From contig OZ037768.1 of assembly GCA_964035545.1 (NCBI GenBank), positions 15,917,875 through 15,981,874 of the forward strand: 64,000 nt of DNA, given 5' to 3'. Both the position numbers and the translations under genes were made by a program. Below are positions 38,400 to 47,800 of this stretch, piece after piece. The notes below the pieces were generated by a model that searched no databases, was not told where the DNA came from, and saw only the letters and a program-made list of their open reading frames with translations. The stretch comes from Bugula neritina (Eukaryota; Animalia; Bryozoa). Position 1 is the first letter of the stretch; every line of letters begins with the position of its first letter.

Positions 38400-38894
38400 A
38401 CCTGTAGAACTATTGACTTTACAAAATAAAAACAAATGAAATAAATACAGTAAAAGTTAACGTACTTCATGAACTGTGAAGAAAGATTTGCAGCGCGACT
38501 TGGTGCTTGTAGGTTATTTGTCAGTCCGACGGGAATTCTGGCGACAAGCTGTAACCACTTCGTTAATAACGAATGGTTTTAAAATACATGAAGCTGAAAT
38601 AGTATTAATTAGAGGTCAGTTGGGTTCAATCTAAACGATGGTTAGGATTGAGGTTTCCGGTTTGGCGTCTGGATTATTGTGCAAAGTGCAAGTTACAAGA
38701 CACGCCCACACTACCATTGCAGCGTCGTTTCATTAGTTGACTGTGATAACGACCACATGCCCTATGCTGTGCTTTCAGCCTCTCACGACTTGAACTTTGG
38801 TCTTGGAAATTGACTTTACCTTACCTAAAGGCAGTATCGCCGGCATAGCTATTGCATGCAACTTTTTTTTCCTGCAGAAACATAAATCATAATT
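38400..38894. promoter_or_regulatory. Probable shared bidirectional promoter of MBTPS1 and HADH
   Basis: The only CpG/GC-richer island between the divergent genes; CACGCCCAC (Sp/KLF-like) at 38701; minus-strand donor-like sites at ~38401, ~38465 and ~38824. Confidence 0.55.
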
Positions 38895-41800
38895 ATGGTA
38901 TTTTTGCAAACAGTTTCAATTTCAAGGCGGTTTATGAGTACTTCCATAGCTCGCCATGCAATTAAAGAAGTAACAATAATCGGCGGTGGACTTATGGGCT
39001 CTGGAATAGCACAGGTGAGACTGAGGCAAAGCTTAGTCAAGTGATGAGTATCAGTATGAGTATGAAGAGTGGGTGCGAAATAAATAACATGGAAATGCCA
39101 ACCTAGGTTTTAAAATTCTTTAAACCAGTCAAGTCAGATTTATACACTTGAAGTTAGTTAGTTACACTTACTCTTAGTCTTACAGTTGTCATAATGATAA
39201 TCATTAATTATCACAATATTAACGATAATGATCGTAATAATTGAGATTTAATCAAATATTATTATTAGTTTTAATAATAGTGAGGGCAATATGAATATTA
39301 TAATTATTAGAATAAAATAAATTAAAATATTTTAAAGCTAGACTAAAGTGTGTCTAATTCTGTTAATGACTTGTAATGGATTTTTACCCTCTATTAGTTG
39401 CGAAATAACAGCGTGCAACAGTATATTATAAATACTGTTGCGTATCGTTATTAACTCTGTAATTATAGTTAAGTAAGCTAGCTTGCTAATGCCTAAGTAT
39501 GGTAATTACTGTTGAAGCTTTCAACATAATGTAATTTTACTGAAATACGCATTCTGAAGTTATGTAATATTTCTTGTACTAATGTTGCGTATCAATTTTT
39601 ATGCTGTAATTGTGTAGTAGATTTTTGCATGTACTTGTTTCCGGTTGCGAGATCGGCATTTTGGTTTTCCGAAATGCCGAAATACCGAAAATCGGCATTT
39701 CGGGCTACCGGAAGCCCGAAGTGCCGAAATTCGGTGTTTCGGACTGCCGAAACGCCGAAATTCAGCGTTTCGGACGCCCGAAATGCCGATTTTCGGCGTT
39801 TCGGGCCTCCGATCTCGGCAACAATGAAAAAGCACTGTATCTTGTTGTATATAAAAGCCAGCGAGCTCCAGTGTAGTTCAGTCTACTACTGGAGCTCACT
39901 GGCAGAGGACCTTCACTATTATATATAATTCAACTAAATAAAGATTTCTTCAACTACACAATACATCTTGTTCTCTCTAACAAAGAGTATGTTCAGGCAC
40001 TAGTTCTATTCAACCCACAAAAATATCACATTGGTGGCAGCGGTGGGATTTCGAATAACTAGTTGCCAAAGGGGAACAAGATGGCTCCGCCAGGGGAAAC
40101 AGCCCCTGGGGCAACGGAGACGGAGACACCAACCCTCACAGTAGAGGCTTTGGTTGCAGCCCTCCAGGGATTGCGGGAGCCAAGTCAGGCGCCACCTGGT
40201 GACAGGTACCGCCTCAGGCTCCCGATTTTCGGAGGGGAGGAGGACGTGGAGCAGTTCATCCGCGAGTTCGAAGATGTGGCCACCATCGCTGAATGGCCAG
40301 CCCCGGTGCGCATACTTCAACTCCGGTCCTGTTTGACAGGCCAGGCGAAGAGCTTTGCTCTTGGGCCTGATGAAGCCCATATCCTGCGGGCCCTCAGGGC
40401 CCGATTCGGCCGGACAGCCGAAGAGGCTGTGGATCGCCTACAGGCACTGAGGCGAAACCGCAAGACGACGTTGGAAGAACATGCAAACACGGTGGAACGG
40501 TTAGCCCAGGCTGCTTACAGCCACGCCACAGGTGCAGAGAGGAAGCGCCTGGTGTATAATGCTTTCTTTAAAAGCGTCAATGACTCTGGCCTGCAGCGCT
40601 ACTGGCTGGCCGCCAAAGTTTGCACCTTGGAGGAAGCCCTGGAGATGGGCAAGTCATACTTCCAGGTAGAAGGGCTCCAAGAGAGGAGCTTCACCGCCCA
40701 CCAGGTAGCCGAAGAGAACCCAGAGGACGCCACACCCATAACTCCACAAGTGTCGGCAGCAACGACTCCGTCGCCGGAACAGGCGCAGCTCGCCGTGTTA
40801 GTAGACATGATGAAGGGTCTACAGGCTACGGTAACCCAACTACAACGAAACCAGGCGGATAGGCGGGCTCCCCGGGTACGGGACGACCCTGTCCGCCCCT
40901 CGCAGTTTACCTGCTGGGGATGTGGAGCGTCTGGGCATGTGAAGAGACATTGCCCCAAAGGTAGCTTGCCTTTAAACAACCGAGGCTCACGGTAACTTCC
41001 GCCGACCGTGGGCCCCCAGCCAACCCCATCCGGGGGAGGGGTCAGGGAATGACCAAGAAGACCCCTACAGCGTCTGACAAGATGGGATGGCAGGCACCTC
41101 GGAGATCTCGGAAACCGAAAGGTTTACCCGATCCTCCGGCCATGCCACTCAACACCCGGATGGAGTCAGAAGACGTAGGATGGCAGGCACCTCGGAGATC
41201 TCGGAGACCGCAAGGTCTACCCGATCCTCCGGCCTGGCCACTCCACAACCGGTTCGCGGGGTTGCCCGAGAAAGTCGTGGAGGAGGACTCAAGCTGCCCT
41301 CCCGACCGCAGAAAACCCCCGTTGTCTCTAAGACGATGAGGAGGCCCGCTGTGCGGACCCAAGTTGTGTCTCCCCCAGAGACTAACCACTCCAGGAGCAC
41401 CCAACCGTATGGAAGCAGCTACTTCCTACCCGGGAAAATTTCGGGTAAAGCTGCCACATTCCTACTGGACACTGGGTGCACTACAAACCTGCTGAGTAGG
41501 CGTCTCTTTGACACCCTTGGCGCCCGAGAGCGGGCGAGCCTCGAGCCGTACGAAGGTGCGCATGGTACGTTGGCGGACGGATCGTGCATCCCTTTTTACG
41601 GCGTTATTACGCTACCTGGACGCGTCCGTGATCAAGTGATTCACGAGACGTTCATAGTCAGCCAGCTGAAGGAGGACGCCATCCTGGGAATGCCATTTCT
41701 GGAGAAACACCAGTGCTGCATGGATTTCCAGAAGTCGGTGGTGGTGATGGCTGGAAGGGAACTTGTCTGTGTTGACAAGTTCGGCAGACCCTTGGTGGGC

Positions 41801-44800
41801 GGAGTCCAGGTAGTGCGGGACTGCACAGTTCCGGGAAGATCCCAAGCGACTCTCCGCTGCAGAGTCAACTGCAAGGAGATCGCTGACCTGGGGGTGGTTG
41901 AGGGAACGCACGGAGCGATCCGACTAGCAAACAGCCTGAATCGGCTAGATTGTCGGCAAGAGCTCCTCGTGCAGTGTATCAACCCCTTCACGGAACCTGT
42001 CCGATTATCGGCCGGAGCGCTGGTGGGGAAGTACCACTCCATCCAGGACGCGGATGTGGGTCCGGCACTGGAAACAGTGGCCGATACCCAGGGAAACCCC
42101 CCTCGCACCAGCCGAAGAGCAGTCCCGGAGCATATGGCTGACCTGTACGATGGAGCGTGCGGCAACTGTACGAGTAGTACTGAACGCCAAGTACTGGCTC
42201 AACTACTCGTGGAGTACAGTGATGTCTTCAGTCGTGGTGATGAAGACATGGGGCTGACTAAGGTTATCTCTCACGAGATACCCCTGGCAGCCGGCACCAC
42301 TCCCATCAGGCAGCCCACCCGGCGTCTAGGCCCGGAGAAAGAGAAGGAGGTGAGCCGACAGGTGCAAGATCTTCTCGACCGGGATCTGATTGAGCCTGCC
42401 CACGGTGCGTGGAGCTCTCCAGTAGTCCTGGTCAAGAAGAAAGATGGTAGCTGGAGGTTCTGTGTAGACTACCGCAGACTCAACAGCGTTACCATCCAAG
42501 ACGCCTACCCTCTCCCACGGATAGATGAGCCTCTGGATGCCCTCGCGGGTAGCAAGTACTTCAGTACTTTGGATCTGCTTAGCGGGTACTGGCAAGTGCC
42601 CCTCAGTCCTGATGCCCAGGACAAAGCAGCATTCATTACTCGCGACGGGCTCTGGAAGTGGAAAGTACTGCCATTTGGACTAACGTCCGCCCCGGCAACT
42701 TTCCAACGGCTCATGGAGCAGGTCCTCAGTGGATTACACTGGAAGACCCGCCTCATCTATCTGGACGACGTCGTTGTCATCTCCCCAGACTTTTCGACTC
42801 ATGTCAGTCGTCTGCGGGAGGTCTTTGACCGCCTCCGGGCAGCTGGACTCAAGCTGAAGCCCTCCAAGTGTGCACTCTTGCAGCCGGAAGTCACGTACCT
42901 GGGCCATGTGGTGGGCCGTGATGGGGTCGCTACCGACCCAGAGAAGGTACAGGCTGTGAAGGAGTGGACTGTCCCCCGTGACCTCCCTGAGTTGCGCGCA
43001 TTCCTGGGCCTAGTAGGGTACTACCGGCAGTACATACCTGGCTTCGCAGGAGTGGCTCAGCCGTTAAATCGGCTGACCGCAAAAGGGATCCGGTGGCAGT
43101 GGACGCAGGAGGAGCAGCAGGCATTCGACCACCTCAAGCAACGGCTAATGGAGGCGCCAATTCTGGCGTATCCTGATCCAGCCAAGGAGTACATCCTGGA
43201 CACCGACGCCAGTGACCACAGCGTGGGAGCTGTCCTGTCTCAAGTCCAGGGTGGAAGTGAGGTGGTCGTGGCTTACTACAGCAAGACTCTCGCGGCCGCC
43301 GAGAAGAACTACTGCACCACTAGGAAGGAACTCCTAGCAGTAGTCAAGGCGGTCAAGCACTTTCGGCCATATCTGTATGGGAGAACGTTCCGTTTGCGAA
43401 CAGACCATGCATCACTGATATGGTTGTGTAAACGTGCGGAGCCCTCGAGCCAGGTAGCTTGTTGGCTAGAGATTCTTGCCGAGTTCTCTTACCAGATGGA
43501 GCACCGTGCTGGCCGGAAGCACGGGAACGCCGACGGCATGAGCCGCCGGCCGGTAGAGGACTGTAAGCAATGCCTGCACATTGAAAAGCGGGACGGGGGA
43601 CCCGCTCGCCTTGACGTGGAAACAGAGTTAGGGGAAGGCGCCGTCTATCGGTGGGAGCACGGCCATCTTCGGACCGAAACCCACTCAGACGACGTCCAGG
43701 CGCTCCACGCCAACCCCACTCTGTACCAGAATGTCAAGGAGCTGTGCCGACTCCAGGAGACGCTACCCGGCGCGGTAGCAGACATTTTCCGGGCCAAGAA
43801 GGAGGGCCGACGACCTTGCGAGGAACAGCAGCGGCAGGGAGACGTTGAGTTCCAACTCCTCTGTCGTCGTTGGGATGCCCTCAAGGTCAGTCCTGATGGC
43901 CTCCTGATGATAACGTTAGCAGCAGACAACCGTCAGCAGGAGAGAGACCGCGTCGTCTGTCCGCGCGCCCTCCGACGGGAACTGATCTGGGACACCCATA
44001 AGCAGGCTCATTCTGGAGTCAGTCGGGTCATCAGGTGTCTGCGGCTGCGTTGGTATTGGCCCGGAATGACTCGGGACGTACGACTGCGGGTACGGCAATG
44101 CGAGGTCTGCCAAGCTAGCAAGCATGGCCGCCCCACGGAAACCACTGGTCGACGCCGGCTGTACGCTGGTCGACCGTGGCAAGTAGTGGCGGTAGACCTC
44201 GTCGGGCCTATGCCGTTATCCGCCAGAGGGAACACCTGGATACTGGTGCTCACGGACCACTTTACCCGGTGGGCAGATGCTCTGGCTATTCCAGACGCAA
44301 CAGCCCCCACGGTGGCCCGGACCCTGGACCAACATGTATTCTGTTACCTCGGTTTTTCCGAGCAGATACATACGGACCAGGGTGCCCAGTTCCAGTCCCA
44401 GCTCATGGGAGACCTCTGCCGGATATGGGGGGTGAACCAGAGTCGGACCACCCCATATCACCCGCAAGGGAACGGAGTCGTCGAGCGGAACAACAGGATG
44501 TTGGGTGACGCCCTCAGGAGCCTGCTCCTTGGTCGAGGTCAGGAAGAATGGGACGTGGTGCTGCCGCAAATCATGCGGGCCTACCGCAGCACACCACACT
44601 CCGCCACGCAGGAGACCCCAAACTTCCTGATGCTAGGCCGAGAGACGTGGGTTCCGGAACACCTGACATACCATGTTCCTGCCCCCGAGTCACCGGTACA
44701 CGAGTATGTGGAGGGTCTGATAGACATCATGGGCAAAGCTCATGATGCACTGCGTACCCAGCAGTGGCAGACCCGCACAGAGGACTCGGAAGAGCCCCCG

Positions 44801-47800
44801 TTGTACCAGGTGGGAGACTGGGTCTGGATGGTGAGCTATCGTAGGCGACGCGGACAGTCGGCTAAGCTTCAGCCCAAGTTCGTCGGTCCCTACTGTGTAG
44901 TGGAGGTGCTGCCCAACCACACGTACCGTGTGGAGCGCTCTGGCCAGGTCTCGGTCCAGAGCGAGCAGCGCCTGAAACCTTACCATGCCAGCCCAGACGC
45001 AGTGGGTCAGGCACCACCCCTCCTGGAGCCCAACCGCCAGCCCAACCATCGGGGAAGGACCACCCAACCCCGAGAAGTGGAAATTGTCGTCCCAAGGGAG
45101 GCGGATCAGGGACAGGCCGCCCTGCTGGAACAGCTTGAACAGCAGCAAAGGCAGGAACGGCGGCAGCAGCAGCAGGCCCTAGGGCCACCACCCCTCTCGG
45201 GGGAGGACACTCCCACCCGTGTTACGGGTGAAGGCGGGGACCCCCCTACATTGGCAACTGAAGAGCCACTGGCACTACAAGTGCCTGCCCATCCATTGAG
45301 GAGTCAAAGAGATAGGAAACCACCCAGATATTTGGCGGACTATCACGTGGGACACATGGAGATGTCCCCACAAAGGAGTGGTACACCCAGTACGGGTAAA
45401 AACTCTGAGTCTCAGTTGCAGAATAGCCCTGGCAGTACAGGACTTCTTCAAAAGCAACAGCCCCCAGACCAGCACAGTCACCTGGACAACAGATACCCAG
45501 CTCTTTCGGGTAATGTTGGCCAAGGTAGGTGGCGATACCCCATACCCCTGACCGACTTGGAACCCCCTCAAGAGAAGGAAGATGGGGCCACGTCCCTGCT
45601 ACCTGCTCAGCTGATTGGAGATGGCGCTGCCGCAGCCACCGCCCAGCCTCTACGGGTAGCACTGGCAAGACTAGGCAAAGAGCCTGGAGCACCAGTCAGC
45701 CAAATAGGAGAGAAGATTCAGCCGCCCCATCCGCAATTGCCCCGTCACCGGCAAAATGAGGCACCTCCTTACCGCGAGTGCGTCCTGGATAGTGCAATCC
45801 AGGCCTGGTCCAGTATCCTTGACCGATGTACTGAAGAGATAGAAAGCCTGGTGCACCACCTCCAATGACCAAACCGAACAATTAGGCATTAGCCACCCGA
45901 ACTGTATATATTGTGGATGCTACTACGATTGTTTATTGTGACACGCGTGATTAATCATAATACTTTTCTGTTAACCACATATTTTCTACTGTTGTGTTTT
46001 ATTTTTGACCTGTTTGTACAAACACCTTGTCTCTGTTATCGAAAAGGGGATGCTTTTCGATGGCGGGAGAATGTAATGGATTTTTACCCTCTATTAGTTG
46101 CGAAATAACAGCGTGCAACAGTATATTATAAATACTGTTGCGTATCGTTATTAACTCTGTAATTATAGTTAAGTAAGCTAGCTTGCTAATGCCTAAGTAT
46201 GGTAATTACTGTTGAAGCTTTCAACATAATGTAATTTTACTGAAATACGCATTCTGAAGTTATGTAATATTTCTTGTACTAATGTTGCGTATCAATTTTT
46301 ATGCTGTAATTGTGTAGTAGATTTTTGCATGTATTTGTTTCCGGTTGCGAGATTGGCATTTCGGTTTCCGAAATACCGAAAATCGGCATTTCGGGCTACC
46401 GGAAGCCCGAAGTGCCGAAATTCGGTGTTTCGGACTACCGAAATGCCGAAATTAAGCGTTTCGGACGCCCGAAATGCCGATTTTCGGCGTTTCGGGCCTC
46501 CGATCTCGGCAACAATGAAAAAGCACTGTATCTTGTTGTATATAAAAGCCAGCGAGCTCCAGTGTAGTTCAGTCTACTACTGGAGCTCACTGGCAGAGGA
46601 CCTTCACTATTATATATAATTCAACTAAATAAAGATTTCTTCAACTACACAATACATCTTGTTCTCTCTAACAAAGAGTATGTTCAGGCACTAGTTCTAT
46701 TCAACCCACAAAAATATCACAGACTGACCAAAAGAACTTCAAGTTTTATTACTGATTGAAACCAAGCAACAGTTTTATTTAGTGTTACACCTTGCTAGTC
46801 GAAAATTTATAATGTGTATTATTAATTTTAATAAGGTCTTTGCAATAAATCATTTTATAATTATAATGAAACCCTTTCATTAGCAACACACTAGTAAACA
46901 GAAAGTTTAAATTGTGTTGTAAGCGGTGGTTTTTTAACTGAAAAAAGTCTACATTTTGCAGGTTACGGCTACAGCAGGTATGAAGGTAAATCTTGTAGAT
47001 ATGAATGAAGATATTCTCAAAAAATCTGGCAGCAATATTCAGAAAAGCTTAGAAAGAGTTGCCAAGAAGAAGTTTTCAGACAATCCTGAGGTATTTTTTA
47101 TCTTTAAGAATTGATCTATTTGTTTGTTGACAAAAAACTTCGTATAATATATTCTGTTTTGTTAGTATCTATAAAAATATTGTCAAAAACAGTAGTTGAT
47201 TTTTGTTACTTAGTAGCAAGTTTACTATCTGATGATGTAAGCAAGCATCAGCATGGAAATCAAAGCTCAGCAAATGTATTTTGTTGTTGGTGCTTATGAC
47301 ATCCAACTTGTTATAAAAATGTATATTTATTAAATATTTTTGACAGTTATGGCTGGCTGCATGTTCTTTATATTTTTTAAAATAAATTTAGGGTTTTACT
47401 TATTCAATCAATTTCATAAAACAACTGTATAATAGGCTGTACAACTTTTCAGGGAGGCAAACAGTTCATTGATGATATAACAGGGAGAATATCTTTTTCT
47501 TGTAATCCTGAAGAAGCTGTGCAATCTTCTGGATTGGTTATAGAAGCCATTGTTGAGAATCTAGAAATAAAGCAAAAGCTATTTTCTGCTTTGGACAAAG
47601 TTGCACCTAAGTATACTTACTATTTATATATAATAAATACATTAGGATTATTTATACAGCTACATGGAAAATTTCCTAAGCATAAAGCACTTGAGAATAG
47701 TTATGTACATTATAAGCATTTTACTGTTATATAAGCACTAGTCTATTTATTTACAGGGAAACACTATTCACCAGTAATACTTCATCTATTCCTATAAAGG

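Larger units (their letters stand above)
39372..46721 (+). mobile_element. Full-length Ty3/Gypsy LTR retrotransposon (7350 bp) in HADH intron 1, same orientation as the gene
   Basis: TG...CA LTRs, 4-bp TSD GACT (39368-71 and 46722-25), PBS, PPT, gag, and pol in PR-RT-RH-IN order. Confidence 0.98.

Noticed and set aside
39644-39822. CRISPR-like array (palindromic repeats with variable spacers)
   Set aside because: Spacers are only 4 nt, there are no cas genes, and the context is a eukaryotic LTR; kept as an LTR palindrome array.
39599-39928. LTR ORFs (also 46310-46619)
   Set aside because: By-products of the stop-poor palindrome array, open in several frames at once.
41085-41240. Self-cleaving ribozyme in the duplicated hairpins
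   Set aside because: No hammerhead CUGANGA/GAAA core, and no HDV or twister topology that I could recognise.
40006-45889. Many short overlapping or antisense ORFs inside the Gypsy element
   Set aside because: Expected by chance in GC-rich coding DNA; no recognisable motifs, and no env-like signal peptide or TM segment.
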